This document shows positions 22,569 through 32,709 of a stretch of 64,000 nucleotides of DNA, in pieces (within the stretch, counting starts at the first letter, position 1; each line of letters begins with the position of its first letter). The stretch covers positions 5,289 through 69,288 of the forward strand of contig CAVQJD010000025.1 in NCBI GenBank assembly GCA_963712695.1, given 5' to 3'. The notes below the pieces were generated by a model. It was not told where the DNA came from, made no database searches, and saw only the letters and a program-made list of their open reading frames with translations. The stretch is from an uncultured Gammaproteobacteria bacterium (GTDB taxonomy: Bacteria > Pseudomonadota > Gammaproteobacteria > UBA9214). The translations under genes and the position numbers were made by a program.

Positions 22569-23426
22569 ATGAACATGGTCATCATCAGCGGCCTGTCCGG
22601 CTCAGGCAAGAGCGTTGCCCTGCATGCACTCGAGGACATGGAATTCTACTGCATCGATAACCTGCCGGTCGGCCTGCTATCCGCTTTTGCGAACGAATTC
22701 CATGACCAGAACCTGGCCGGCAACAGCAAGGTCGCAGCAGGCATTGATGCACGCAATCGCAGTGATCAGCTCGAGCATTTCCCTGGAATCATCTCCGGGC
22801 TGCGCGAGCGCGGTATCAATTGCAAGATCCTGTTCCTGCAGGCCGACGATGTCACTCTCCTGAAGCGCTTCAGCGAGACACGCCGCAAGCATCCGCTCAG
22901 CAACAGCAGGACACCGCTGGCCGACGCCATCGAACGGGAGCGCGGGTTGCTGGCGCCCATTGCCGCCAATGCCGATCTGTTCATCGATACCAGCCGCACC
23001 AATGTTCACCAGCTGCGCGAGCTGGTCATGGAAAGTATCGGCAAAACGCACAGCAAGGGATTTTCACTGTTGCTGCGCTCATTCGGCTACAAGCACGGTA
23101 TACCGGCGGATGCGGATTTCGTATTCGACGCACGCTGCCTGCCGAACCCGCACTGGCAGCCGGACTTGCGCAGCAGGACCGGACTTGATAAACAGGTAGC
23201 GGAATATCTCGAATCCCAACCGGTCGTAGCCGAGTATCTGGAACAGATCGAGCAGTTCCTGACACGCTGGATTCCGCAGTTCAAGGCGGATAACCGCAGC
23301 TACCTCAGCATCGCGATCGGCTGTACGGGTGGCCAGCACCGTTCCGTCTATCTGGTCGAACGGCTGGCTGCACGACTGGACAACTCACTAGGCGAGCTCG
23401 TGACCCGCCATCGGGAACTGGAATAA
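22569..23426 (+). CDS. rapZ: RNase adapter RapZ (YhbJ)
   Basis: SGLSGSGKS, RFSETRRKHPL, SFGYKHG, RCLPNPHW, IGCTGGQHRSV. Confidence 0.95.
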   Translation: MNMVIISGLSGSGKSVALHALEDMEFYCIDNLPVGLLSAFANEFHDQNLAGNSKVAAGIDARNRSDQLEHFPGIISGLRERGINCKILFLQADDVTLLKRFSETRRKHPLSNSRTPLADAIERERGLLAPIAANADLFIDTSRTNVHQLRELVMESIGKTHSKGFSLLLRSFGYKHGIPADADFVFDARCLPNPHWQPDLRSRTGLDKQVAEYLESQPVVAEYLEQIEQFLTRWIPQFKADNRSYLSIAIGCTGGQHRSVYLVERLAARLDNSLGELVTRHRELE

Positions 23427-23824
23427 TGAGTGGAATACTACTGATTACCCATGGCAGCATCGGCCAGGACATGCTGGATACGGTCAATGCGATCCTCGGC
23501 AGCTGCCGCCTGAACACACAGGCCATAGGCGTTTTGCCGGATTGCGACCCAGATGCCGTGTACGCGATCGCCAGCCAGCGCTGCAAATCACTCGATGATG
23601 GTCAGGGCGTACTCGTGCTGACCGATCTGTTTGGCAGCACGCCAAGCAATATCGCAAATCGCCTGCTCGAGACCCACAATGTAATCGTGGTCTCGGGTGT
23701 CAACTTGCCAATGCTGCTGCGCATAATGAACTACCCGGACCGTGAGCTTGAGATACTTGCGGAATTCGCCACCAGCGGTGCACGTAACGGTATCGTGCTC
23801 GCCCAGAGAAAGCAGGCTTCCTGA
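23426..23824 (+). CDS. PTS mannose/fructose-type EIIA component
   Basis: ILLITHG, VLVLTDLFGSTPSN, SGVNLPML. Confidence 0.88.
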   Translation: MSGILLITHGSIGQDMLDTVNAILGSCRLNTQAIGVLPDCDPDAVYAIASQRCKSLDDGQGVLVLTDLFGSTPSNIANRLLETHNVIVVSGVNLPMLLRIMNYPDRELEILAEFATSGARNGIVLAQRKQAS

Positions 23825-23825
23825 T

Positions 23826-24095
23826 ATGCAGGAACGTTCAGTAACCATCGTCAACAAGCTTGGCCTGCATGCACGTGCCGCGGCCAAGTTAGTTACCACC
23901 GCATCCGCCTTTTCCAGCAGTATAGATATCGCCAAAAACGGGCAGCGGGTCAATGGCAAGAGCATCATGGGAGTCATGATGCTGGCAGCATCACGCGGCA
24001 CGGAACTCATCATCATTGCCTCGGGAGATGATGAACAGGAAGCGGCTGACAGCCTGGAAAAACTGATTACCGACAAATTCGGGGAACTCGAATAA
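23826..24095 (+). CDS. ptsH: HPr/NPr phosphocarrier protein
   Basis: IVNKLGLHARAAAK (His15), NGKSIMGVMMLAA (Ser46). Confidence 0.9.
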   Translation: MQERSVTIVNKLGLHARAAAKLVTTASAFSSSIDIAKNGQRVNGKSIMGVMMLAASRGTELIIIASGDDEQEAADSLEKLITDKFGELE

Positions 24096-24153
24096 TCGTT
24101 GCAGAAGCAGACGCTGGCAATACCTCCACTGACACCAGAGGGTGACAGGCACC

Positions 24154-25893
24154 ATGAGCCTGATGTTATCCGGCATTGGAATATCCCGCGGCATTGCCAT
24201 CGGCAAGGCCCACTTCATGCGCAACAGCATCGAAGTGCAGCGAACCAGTATTCCAGACCATCTGCTGGAAAGCGAGATAGCGCGCTACCTTGACGCCGTT
24301 GCACTTGCGCGCAGCCAGCTGGAATCAATCCGCGAACGTGTGCCTGCAGAAACCAGCATCGATATCACCGCATTCATCGACACCCATCTGCTGATGCTCG
24401 ATGATGCCACTCTGGTTGCGACACCGGTGGAACTGATCCGCGAGCACACCTGTAATGCCGAGTGGGCACTCAAATTGCAGCGTGATGCTGTCTTCAGTGT
24501 GTTCGATAAAATTGACGATCCTTACCTGCGCACCCGCAGCGATGATGTCGATCACGTCGTCAATCGTATCCTGCGTATCCTGCTCGACCGTGAACAGACT
24601 GACTACAGGGGCGACGACGGGCATCTTGCTGATGCCATCGTGCTGGCGGATGAGCTGACCCCCGCCGAAACCGTGCTGCTGAAACACCAGGGCATGACGG
24701 CATTCGCCACGGAATTCGGCGGCCCGCTGTCGCATACCGCGATCCTTTCACGCAGCATGCAGTTACCCGCCGTGGTTGGTGCACATGGCATCCAGCAATA
24801 CCTGCGCGACGGTGAAACAGTTATCCTGGACGGCTTGCAGGGCATCGTGATTGCAGCACCCGATGAGCAGACCCTCACCCACTACCGCCAGCGCCAGCAG
24901 GACGAGCGCGGCAGGCAACGGGAACTCGCACGCCTGGCAAGCCGCCCGGCGATCTCGCTGGACAGGGTACCGATCAGACTGATGGCCAATATCGAACTGC
25001 CCGAGGACGTCGAGGCGGCCAGCATGACACACGTCGACGGCGTCGGACTGTACCGCACGGAGTTCCTGTTCATGAACCGTGCAACGCCACCCGACGAGCA
25101 GGAACAATTCGACTGTTACCTGTCCGTACTCGATGCGCTGAAGGGTAAACCGCTGACTATCCGCACCCTCGACATGGGTGCCGACAAACAGGTCGACAGC
25201 GGCGTCAGCCGTTGCGGCAGCAACCCCGCGCTCGGACTGCGCGCCGTGCGGCTGTGCCTAAAGGATCTGTCCCTGTTCCGGCCCCAGCTGCGTGCCATCC
25301 TGCGCGCCTCGGCACACGGACCGGTGCGCATGATGATCCCCATGCTGACCAACACCCAGGAACTGCACCAGGTGCTGTCGCTGGTCAAGGAGACCCGCAA
25401 TGCCCTGCAGCGCGAGGCGCTGACATTCGCCCCCGATATCAGTATCGGCGGTATGATCGAGGTGCCGGGTGCAGCACTGTCGGCAGGTGAATTCGCCCGC
25501 CATCTGGACTTCCTGTCGATCGGCACCAATGACCTGATTCAGTACACGCTCGCCATAGACCGCGTCGACGACGAGGTCAACTACCTGTACGACCCGCTAC
25601 ATCCGGCCGTGCTGCGACTCATCAAGATGACTATCGACGCTGGCCTGAAGGCCGACATTCCTGTCGCCATGTGCGGCGAAATGGCCGGCGATCCACGTTA
25701 TACCCGGCTGCTGCTCGGCATGGGACTTACCGAATTCAGCATGCACCACACTTCGCTGCAGGAGGTTAAAAGCGTCATCAATAACAGTCATATCGCCACA
25801 CTCAGACCACTCGTTGAGGAACTGGTCGGCCACACCAATGCCGGCCAGATCCATGCTCGCGTCGAATCCCTGAACAGCAACCTTACCGAATGA
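24154..25893 (+). CDS. ptsI: PTS enzyme I (no N-terminal GAF domain)
   Basis: GISRGIAIG, GGPLSHTAIL (phospho-His), GVGLYRTEFLF, NPALGLRAVR, SIGTNDLIQY, CGEMAGD. Confidence 0.92.
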   Translation: MSLMLSGIGISRGIAIGKAHFMRNSIEVQRTSIPDHLLESEIARYLDAVALARSQLESIRERVPAETSIDITAFIDTHLLMLDDATLVATPVELIREHTCNAEWALKLQRDAVFSVFDKIDDPYLRTRSDDVDHVVNRILRILLDREQTDYRGDDGHLADAIVLADELTPAETVLLKHQGMTAFATEFGGPLSHTAILSRSMQLPAVVGAHGIQQYLRDGETVILDGLQGIVIAAPDEQTLTHYRQRQQDERGRQRELARLASRPAISLDRVPIRLMANIELPEDVEAASMTHVDGVGLYRTEFLFMNRATPPDEQEQFDCYLSVLDALKGKPLTIRTLDMGADKQVDSGVSRCGSNPALGLRAVRLCLKDLSLFRPQLRAILRASAHGPVRMMIPMLTNTQELHQVLSLVKETRNALQREALTFAPDISIGGMIEVPGAALSAGEFARHLDFLSIGTNDLIQYTLAIDRVDDEVNYLYDPLHPAVLRLIKMTIDAGLKADIPVAMCGEMAGDPRYTRLLLGMGLTEFSMHHTSLQEVKSVINNSHIATLRPLVEELVGHTNAGQIHARVESLNSNLTE

Positions 25894-25966
25894 GTTTCGT
25901 GCTGCTACACTGCGCACTGCCTGTGCAGGCGGCTGTCCGTCTGCGCATTCGTGAAAGTATCCCACT

Positions 25967-27325
25967 ATGAACGAATCCGCGACCACAACAACGACCGAAA
26001 ACCGGCTTGAACGCCTGACGCGGGCGCTGGATTCCGGGGCAGCCGGCCAGGTCCGCTACCTGCTGACCAACCTGCATGCGTCCGAAATCGCCGACATGCT
26101 GGAGTCCTTCCCGCACGGACCGCGCGAAATTCTCTGGGAACTGGTTGACCCGGAAGACCGCGGCGAAACCCTGGTACACCTCAACGAAGAGGTGCGCACC
26201 GGCCTGATCAGGGAAATGGAAACCCACGACCTGGTCGCCGCCACCGAGGGCCTTGACCCGGACGACCTCGTCGACCTGCTGCAGGACCTGCCGGATACCG
26301 TCACCCGGGAAGTCATGCGCTCGATGGACAAGCAGAACCGCGTCCGGCTGGAGGCGATCCTGCGCTACCCGGAAGACTCGGCTGGCGGCCTGATGAATGT
26401 CGACGTGATCACCATACGCGCCGACGTAACGCTCGACGTGGTGCTGCGCTACCTGCGCCTGCACAAGGAGATGCCGGAAACGACGGATACGCTGTTTGTG
26501 GTCGATCGCAACGACCTTTACCGTGGCACACTGCCGCTGACTATCCTGCTCACCAACGACCCCGACCTGATGGTGGCCGCGGTGATGAATCGCGACGTCA
26601 AACCCATCCCGGCCACCCTGCCGGACATAGAGGTCGCCCGGCTGTTCGAGAACCATGACCTGGTAACCGCGCCGGTGGTGAATGAGGCCAACAAGCTGCT
26701 CGGCCGTATCACCATCGACGACGTGGTGGACGTGATCCGCGAGGATGCCGAGCATTCCCTGCTGAGTATGGCCGGCCTCGACGAGGACGATGACACTTTC
26801 GCGCCTATACTCAAGAGTGCGCGGCGCCGTGCCATCTGGCTCGGGATCAACCTGGCCACCGCGTTCCTCGCCTCCTGGGTAATCGGCAATTTCCAGGTCA
26901 CCATCGAAAAGGTGGTCGCACTTGCCGTGCTGATGCCGATCGTCGCCAGCATGGGTGGCATCGCGGGCAGCCAGACGCTTATCATCGTGATCCGCGGCCT
27001 GGCGCTTGGCCAGGTCGGCAGCAGCAACGCGCGCTGGCTGATGCACAAGGAACTCATGGTGTCCGTCATCAACGGCATCGGCTGGGCGCTGGTGGTGGCG
27101 GTAATCTCCTCGCTGTGGTTCCACAACAGCGACATCGGCATCATCATCGCCGTGGCGCTGGTCGTCAACCTGTTCTGCGCCGCCCTCGCCGGCCTGTCGA
27201 TCCCGTTCTTCCTCAGGCGCATGAACATCGACCCGGCCCACGCCGGTTCAGTGATCCTGACCACGGTCACCGACGTGGTGGGCTTTCTGGTGTTTCTGGG
27301 GCTGGGGACTATTTTTCTGCTCTGA
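25967..27325 (+). CDS. mgtE: Magnesium transporter MgtE
   Basis: YPEDSAGGLM, CBS pair, GRITIDDVVD, MPIVASMGGIAGSQ, DPA..GSVILTTVTDVVG. Confidence 0.95.
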   Translation: MNESATTTTTENRLERLTRALDSGAAGQVRYLLTNLHASEIADMLESFPHGPREILWELVDPEDRGETLVHLNEEVRTGLIREMETHDLVAATEGLDPDDLVDLLQDLPDTVTREVMRSMDKQNRVRLEAILRYPEDSAGGLMNVDVITIRADVTLDVVLRYLRLHKEMPETTDTLFVVDRNDLYRGTLPLTILLTNDPDLMVAAVMNRDVKPIPATLPDIEVARLFENHDLVTAPVVNEANKLLGRITIDDVVDVIREDAEHSLLSMAGLDEDDDTFAPILKSARRRAIWLGINLATAFLASWVIGNFQVTIEKVVALAVLMPIVASMGGIAGSQTLIIVIRGLALGQVGSSNARWLMHKELMVSVINGIGWALVVAVISSLWFHNSDIGIIIAVALVVNLFCAALAGLSIPFFLRRMNIDPAHAGSVILTTVTDVVGFLVFLGLGTIFLL

Positions 27326-27426
27326 TAATTATCTCGCGTCAAGACGCAACGGCCCGCGGAAAACAACAATTATTTCGCGCACGATTCCAGGAAGCAGGTA
27401 AGACCGGTGGTCTTGCGCGAGCTGAA

Positions 27427-28788
27427 TCATGACGCCCCGGCAATCGTCATGTGATCGATCAGCACCGACCCGCTGCGGATGTTGCCGCGCAGGTCGACGT
27501 CATTGCCGACGGCGGCGATGCTCATGAACATATCCTTCAGATTGCCGGCCACGGTAATCTCGTCGACCGGGTACTGGATCTCGCCGTTCTCGACCCAGAA
27601 GCCGGCGGCGCCGCGTGAGTAGTCGCCGGTGACGATGTTCACGCCAAAGCCGATAAATTCGGTGACCAGCAGGCCGGTGCCCATTTCGCGCAGCAATCCA
27701 TCGAGATCGAGTGCGCCCGGTTCGATGGTCAGGTTGCGCACACCGCCGGCGTTGCCCGTGGTCTGCATGCCGAGCTTGCGCGCCGCGTAACTGTTCAGTA
27801 CGTAACCCTGCAGGATGCCCTGAGCGACGATATCACGCGCCTGCGTAACCACGCCTTCCGAGTCGTATGGTGCACTGCCCATACCCCTGGGCAGGCGCGG
27901 CTGCTCGTGAATGCGCATAAAACCGGGAAACACCTGCTTGCCGAGGTGATCAAGCAAAAAACTGGACTTGCGGTACAGGCTGCTGCCGCTGATGGCATTG
28001 ATGAAATGTCCGAACAGGCTGCCGGCGCTCTCTGCGACAACGATCACCGGCGCGCTGCGCGTGGACAAACGGCGTGTACCGAGGCGCCTGACGGTACGCT
28101 CGCCGGCCTTGCGGCCGACGTCACCCGGCAGCTCCAGGCCGGCTTGGTCACGCGCGGCGGTCGACCAGTAGTCACGCTGCATCTCCTCGCCCTGGCGGCC
28201 GATCACCGAGCAACTGATGCTGTGGTAGCTGGTCTTGTAGCTGCCGTGAAAACCAAGGCTGTTGGCCTTGATCCGCAGGCCGCTGTAGCTGGCAACAGTG
28301 GCGCCTTCCGAGTTGTCGATACGCGGGTCCACTGCACGCGCGGCGGCTTCGCACTCCCGGGCCAGCACGATGGCCTGCTCGGGACCGAGGTCCCAGGGGT
28401 GGTACAGATCAAGATCCGGAATGATATACGCCAGGCGATCGACATCGGCCAGCCCGGAGCAAGGGTCCTCGCTGGTGTAGCGTGCCAGGTCACAGGCGGC
28501 GCGTACCGTCGCCTCGATGCTGTCCGGACCGAAGTCTGCAGTCGTGGCCGTGCCCTTGCGCTGGTTGAAGTAAACCGTCAGTCCCAGCACGCGGTCGCGG
28601 TTGAACTCCAGTGTCTCGGTCTCGCCAAGACGCACGGTCACGGACAGACCCGCATCGTAACTTACACCGGCCTCGACCTGGTCGGCACCGGCTGCCCGCG
28701 CCCGGGCGATGGTGTCCTGCACTATCTCCTCCAGCCCTGCGGCATCCGGCAAGGGGGTGGTCTGAGCAGTGGCCTGGATCGCTGACAT
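27427..28788 (-). CDS. pmbA: Metalloprotease PmbA (TldE)
   Basis: SVTVRLGETE.LEFNRD, MQRDYW, SLYRKSSFL, TGDYSRGAAGFW. Confidence 0.94.
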   Translation of the reverse strand: MSAIQATAQTTPLPDAAGLEEIVQDTIARARAAGADQVEAGVSYDAGLSVTVRLGETETLEFNRDRVLGLTVYFNQRKGTATTADFGPDSIEATVRAACDLARYTSEDPCSGLADVDRLAYIIPDLDLYHPWDLGPEQAIVLARECEAAARAVDPRIDNSEGATVASYSGLRIKANSLGFHGSYKTSYHSISCSVIGRQGEEMQRDYWSTAARDQAGLELPGDVGRKAGERTVRRLGTRRLSTRSAPVIVVAESAGSLFGHFINAISGSSLYRKSSFLLDHLGKQVFPGFMRIHEQPRLPRGMGSAPYDSEGVVTQARDIVAQGILQGYVLNSYAARKLGMQTTGNAGGVRNLTIEPGALDLDGLLREMGTGLLVTEFIGFGVNIVTGDYSRGAAGFWVENGEIQYPVDEITVAGNLKDMFMSIAAVGNDVDLRGNIRSGSVLIDHMTIAGAS

Positions 28789-28997
28789 GGTTATCCCTCA
28801 TTATGAAAGGCTGGATTCTACCGGCAGCCTGCACCCCGGACAAACCCTGTAAAAACCGCTATCCTAGCCCGCATTTGTCACCGGGCGGCGGTGATCCGAA
28901 ATAATGAGCTGAAACCATGAAACTAAAACCTGTTCGGCAACAAACAGTGCGTCAGTGGCCGGTGCCTATTCCGGTGAGAAATGCGGGCTAGCGCAGC

Positions 28998-29501
28998 ATG
29001 CAGAACCACGACCACGAGACCATCAGCAAGTCGCAGCGCAAGCGCGAACTCGACGAACTGAGACAACTGGGCCAGAAACTGCTGGAATTCAGCGAGGACA
29101 GCCTGCGTCAGCTGGCCCTGCCGGAACTGCTTCTGGAGGCGGTGCTGGCCGGCAGGAAAATCACCTCTCACGGGGCACACAAGCGTCAGCTGCAATACAT
29201 CGGCAAGCTGTTGAAGGAAATCGACGCCACACCGGTGCGCGTGGCCGTTGCTGCACGCGAACATCAGCACGACACGTCCACCCGTGAGTTCCACCAGCTG
29301 GAATCGTTGCGTGATCAGCTGCTCGCAGCGGGCGACGATGCCATACCCGCGGTGCTGGCGAGTTACCCGCAGACCGATCGCCAGCGTCTGCGCAAGCTGG
29401 TGCGCCAGGCTCGACAGCAGCAGGTAACCGGTCAGCCGGCCGGTGCGACGCGGGCCCTGTTTCGCTATTTACGCGAATTGCAGGATGCACCGGAGTACTA
29501 G
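28998..29501 (+). CDS. yjgA: Ribosome biogenesis factor YjgA/DarP
   Basis: SKSQRKRE, HGAHKRQLQYIGKL, DRQRLRKLVR, RALFRYLRE. Divergent from pmbA. Confidence 0.92.
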   Translation: MQNHDHETISKSQRKRELDELRQLGQKLLEFSEDSLRQLALPELLLEAVLAGRKITSHGAHKRQLQYIGKLLKEIDATPVRVAVAAREHQHDTSTREFHQLESLRDQLLAAGDDAIPAVLASYPQTDRQRLRKLVRQARQQQVTGQPAGATRALFRYLRELQDAPEY

Positions 29502-29539
29502 CGTACCGCGATTAGCAAGCTCACTGCATCCTCTATGTG

Positions 29540-29716
29540 CTATGAATCTGCTTCCGGTGGGTTATCATCACGCCAGCGTTCGTAGCATTCCAGACCGCAA
29601 AAATACAGCACGTAATCGTTAACCTCTTCAACCACGGTCCGGGTATGCTGTACCTCTTTAAGGCACACCTCGCAGCTGACGACGCCAGAACCAGCAGAAT
29701 TCAACGATTTGGCCAT
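29540..29716 (-). CDS. DUF3330-like small Cys-rich (zinc-finger-like) protein, 58 aa
   Basis: Hand translation: MAKSLNSAGSGVVSCEVCLKEVQHTRTVVEEVNDYVLYFCGLECYERWRDDNPPEADS*. GGAGGTG RBS at 29721-29727. Below the ORF-track cutoff. Confidence 0.8.
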   Translation of the reverse strand: MAKSLNSAGSGVVSCEVCLKEVQHTRTVVEEVNDYVLYFCGLECYERWRDDNPPEADS

Positions 29717-29912
29717 CGAACACCTCCGGGGTCGGATTCGATTTACATGATTTCATTATAGCCGTTATCCAGCCAGAGCCAGGAGCACAGACATACGCGA
29801 TTGATAATCGCCATGGAAACACGCGGAAGGATAAGGTTAAATTGCATGCGGGCTATTTTTACTGGCACACGGTAACGCCGGCGCTTGAATTCTTTGCGGA
29901 TAACGTCCATTC

Positions 29913-30896
29913 CTATGGCCTTTCATCAAGCGCTGCCGCGAACGCAGCCACGATCTCGGCCGCAGGCTGCACTGCCTGGATGCCCTGCACGCTTTTGCCG
30001 GCCTGGTAGATATCCTTGTAACCCATGCCTCTGACCGATGCCTGTTTCAGCTTCCAGATCGACTGCAGTGAATACAGTGTACGCATCCAGTGCTTGGTAC
30101 GCCGGCCGCTCAGCAACCATTTCGCCAGCGGCCCGGCATGCACACCCATTTTCTCGATCCAGGGCGTGCGGATAATCGACACCGGCACACCGGTGATTTT
30201 CTCCGACAGCACGATGTCCTGCTCACCGGCGGTGACGATGGCCTGCTTGTAATCGTCATGTGCCGTACACTCGCGACTGGCGATAAAACGTGTACCGAGC
30301 TGCGCACCGGCATAACCCATGTGCAGCGCCTGTGCGAACTGTTCCGGCGTGCCGATGCCGCCTGCACACACCAGTGGTTTGCCGAGTGGACCTATGTCGT
30401 CCAGCATCTGCTGCATCGACAGCGCACCGGCATGCCCGCCGGCGCGATTGTTAACGCATATGAAGCCGTCGACACCGCCGTCCAGCGCCTTCTCCGCCCA
30501 GTGGCGCGTCGTCACATCGTGGTAGACGGTGACGCCGGCAGGTCGGGCGCGCTCGACCACCCAGCGCGGATTGCCGAGCGCCGTTACCAGGAACGGCACG
30601 CCCTCCTCCAGCGCAATATCCAGCCACTGGTGCACGCGCTGCAGGTATTTTTTCGAGCTGCGTTCGATAATGAGATTCACGCCAATGGGCCGGTCGGTCA
30701 GGCTGCGGATATAGCGTAAACCGGCACGAAATTCGTAACCGTGCACATAGGTCAGGCTGAGGGGCTGGACGATGCCGATTGCCCCGGCGGCAGACACCGC
30801 CGCGACCAGCTCTGGATTGGAACAGGGATACATGGCGCCGCAGATCAGCGGCACCTCGATACCCAGGGCTTCAGTCAGCGCTGCAGGTACCGTCAT
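29913..30896 (-). CDS. Nitronate monooxygenase / FabK-like flavin oxidoreductase
   Basis: PLICGAMYPCSNPELVAAVS, RAGGHAG, CAGGIG, QLGTRFIAS.EC.AH, QAGKSV. Confidence 0.85.
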   Translation of the reverse strand: MTVPAALTEALGIEVPLICGAMYPCSNPELVAAVSAAGAIGIVQPLSLTYVHGYEFRAGLRYIRSLTDRPIGVNLIIERSSKKYLQRVHQWLDIALEEGVPFLVTALGNPRWVVERARPAGVTVYHDVTTRHWAEKALDGGVDGFICVNNRAGGHAGALSMQQMLDDIGPLGKPLVCAGGIGTPEQFAQALHMGYAGAQLGTRFIASRECTAHDDYKQAIVTAGEQDIVLSEKITGVPVSIIRTPWIEKMGVHAGPLAKWLLSGRRTKHWMRTLYSLQSIWKLKQASVRGMGYKDIYQAGKSVQGIQAVQPAAEIVAAFAAALDERP

Positions 30897-31372
30897 GCGT
30901 CCTGCTCCGGACCGATCAGCCAGCGCGCATTGACAACGGCAACAACCTCGTCGTCCGCGTCACGGATCTCACCGGTGAGCTCGTATTCCTGCCGGCTGTT
31001 GTCAGAGGGTATCGCACAGCGACACTCGGCCAGCAGCCGGCCACGTGCCTTCTTCAGGTAATTGATACGGTATCCGGTGAGTATGCCGCGCGCACCATCC
31101 GGCAGGCTGTTCATGAGTGCCAGCCCGGTGGCCATCTCGCCAAGATTGGCCAGTGCCATGGCATGCACGGAGCGCAGATGATTGCGCACGTGGCGCCTGT
31201 CCCGCAGTTCCACGAGGCAGTGACCGGGCTCAAGCCGCTGCACGGTCGCTGCGAGCGTGCCGGTATACGGAACGGTATGGCCCAGCCCCTGACTGAACAG
31301 CCATTTGCCACCCGGCTTGCCAGACAGCATTTGCCAGCGCCGGCGCAGTAGCGGACCAATGGAACGGGACAT
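30893..31372 (-). CDS. Hotdog-fold thioesterase-like protein (DUF4442/PaaI-like)
   Basis: PYTGTL, VRNHLRSVHAMALANLGE, YLKKARG. Confidence 0.8.
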   Translation of the reverse strand: MSRSIGPLLRRRWQMLSGKPGGKWLFSQGLGHTVPYTGTLAATVQRLEPGHCLVELRDRRHVRNHLRSVHAMALANLGEMATGLALMNSLPDGARGILTGYRINYLKKARGRLLAECRCAIPSDNSRQEYELTGEIRDADDEVVAVVNARWLIGPEQDA

Positions 31373-31384
31373 GGGTCACCCCCG

Positions 31385-31786
31385 TTACGAAGTGTCTTTC
31401 TTCTGTTTAACGCCTGCCCGGCTTGCTGTCCACCATTTCCGGACCAGCCAGCCATAGACGATGGCATTCACGGCGATCACCACGCCGGCAAGCAGCAACT
31501 GAATGTCAGGCGTCAGAGCGGCCGGGTAGATCAGCGGCAACAGGTAATGCGCGATGAAGCCACCGCTATAGCCAGCCTCGCCTGCGGTCAGCCGCAGCTG
31601 CTGCTCCCAGGGTGTCAGGGGACAGGGCAGACTGTAAAGTTCCAGCAGCACGGCCCAGAAGACGGCGGGCACATGCACGAACGCGACACCCGGCCAGCGT
31701 CCGACCGACAAACCACCGAACAGCACGAAACCGATAAATGCGAGGTGAACGACAACCAGCGCGTCAGCAGCGAACCGGTAGAGCAC
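31385..31786 (-). CDS. DUF2784-family membrane protein
   Basis: HLAFIGFVLFGG, HVPAVFW, CPLTPWEQQLR, YSGGFIAHYLLPLIYP. Confidence 0.85.
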   Translation of the reverse strand: MLYRFAADALVVVHLAFIGFVLFGGLSVGRWPGVAFVHVPAVFWAVLLELYSLPCPLTPWEQQLRLTAGEAGYSGGFIAHYLLPLIYPAALTPDIQLLLAGVVIAVNAIVYGWLVRKWWTASRAGVKQKKDTS

Positions 31787-31836
31787 CGCAATTGCCGTCG
31801 CGCGCTATCTGCATGCAGACCGGCACACGCGCGGCA

Positions 31837-32241
31837 TCAGTCAGGCCGGAACGCGTAACGGCCGCTGCCGAGAAACAGGATGGCCAGACCACCGAACAGG
31901 TAGAACATCTGCAATTCCAGCTGGTATCCACCATGGTCGGTCAGGCTGAACAGGTCACCTGTATGCGCGAGCCCGATTGCAAACAGCATGTTGATGACAA
32001 TCGCCAGGCCACTCAGGCGGGAAAAGACCCCGGCGATCAGCAGCACGGGTGCAATGATCTCACCGACGAAAACGCCATAGGCAATGACATCTGGCAAACC
32101 CAGACTGGCAAGCCGGCCGGCGATGAATTCGAGCGAGCCTTCCGAGGTTAGCTTGGACACGCCGTGAAACAGTATCAGAATACCGACCGTCAGCCGGATG
32201 ATCAGCTTGCCTACCGCATCGCTTTTATTGAGATCAAACAT
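31837..32241 (-). CDS. DoxX family membrane protein
   Basis: GKLIIRLTVGILILFHGVSKL, GVFVGEIIAP, LELQMFYL, GSGRYA. Confidence 0.85.
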   Translation of the reverse strand: MFDLNKSDAVGKLIIRLTVGILILFHGVSKLTSEGSLEFIAGRLASLGLPDVIAYGVFVGEIIAPVLLIAGVFSRLSGLAIVINMLFAIGLAHTGDLFSLTDHGGYQLELQMFYLFGGLAILFLGSGRYAFRPD

Positions 32242-32640
32242 AGCGCCCCCCTGTCCTGTTATTCGCTGCCAGAAGATTTTCAGCGGCCCAACTATAACAG
32301 CCCCGGGCACCTGTTATCACGATTTTGATCACCCCGACTGCCAGCCAGTTTGAACCGGCGCGCGGTGCCTGGGCGGGCACCATTAAGAGACTGAGAGTGC
32401 ACACCCCTTCCTGTACCGGGTAACGGTGTGGCTTCGCGCCAAGGGCATGCAACGGGTCAGGTCCTGTCGGCCGGCAGGTCATGCGTTTTCTTTCCCGGCA
32501 AAAGTTTTTGCAGCCTCAGCCTGCCCCAGGCCTGGTTGATACCCCGCCTGAGCAGCCGGTCACAATTTTGCACATCAAACACCCGCGCTCCGGCGATTGC
32601 CCGCAGCCGGACTCAAGTACCGCTTGGTCACGGTCGCTAT

Positions 32641-32656
32641 ATTAGCAACTGCTAAT
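32641..32656. promoter_or_regulatory. Perfect 7-2-7 palindrome ATTAGCA-AC-TGCTAAT, candidate operator
   Basis: Lies in an AT-rich patch about 55 bp upstream of the small ORF at 32710. Confidence 0.5.
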
Positions 32657-32709
32657 CTTATAACTTTTTAACTTACTAACATTATGGGATTTCGCCAGGG
32701 AGGTAACCG

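Noticed and set aside
25883..27241. Long antisense ORFs (e.g. 25883-27241, 47539-48972, 6407-7519, 7876-8958)
   Set aside because: Shadow ORFs opposite well-conserved genes, expected from high-GC codon bias, with no recognisable motifs.
32340..32465. Possible riboswitch upstream of the DoxX gene (GGCGCGAAGCC hairpin)
   Set aside because: Only a fragmentary resemblance to c-di-GMP-I motifs; the remaining consensus is absent.
32641..32656. CIRCE (HrcA) element
   Set aside because: It shares TTAGCA/TGCTAA but lacks the TTAGCACTC-N9-GAGTGCTAA length and spacing.
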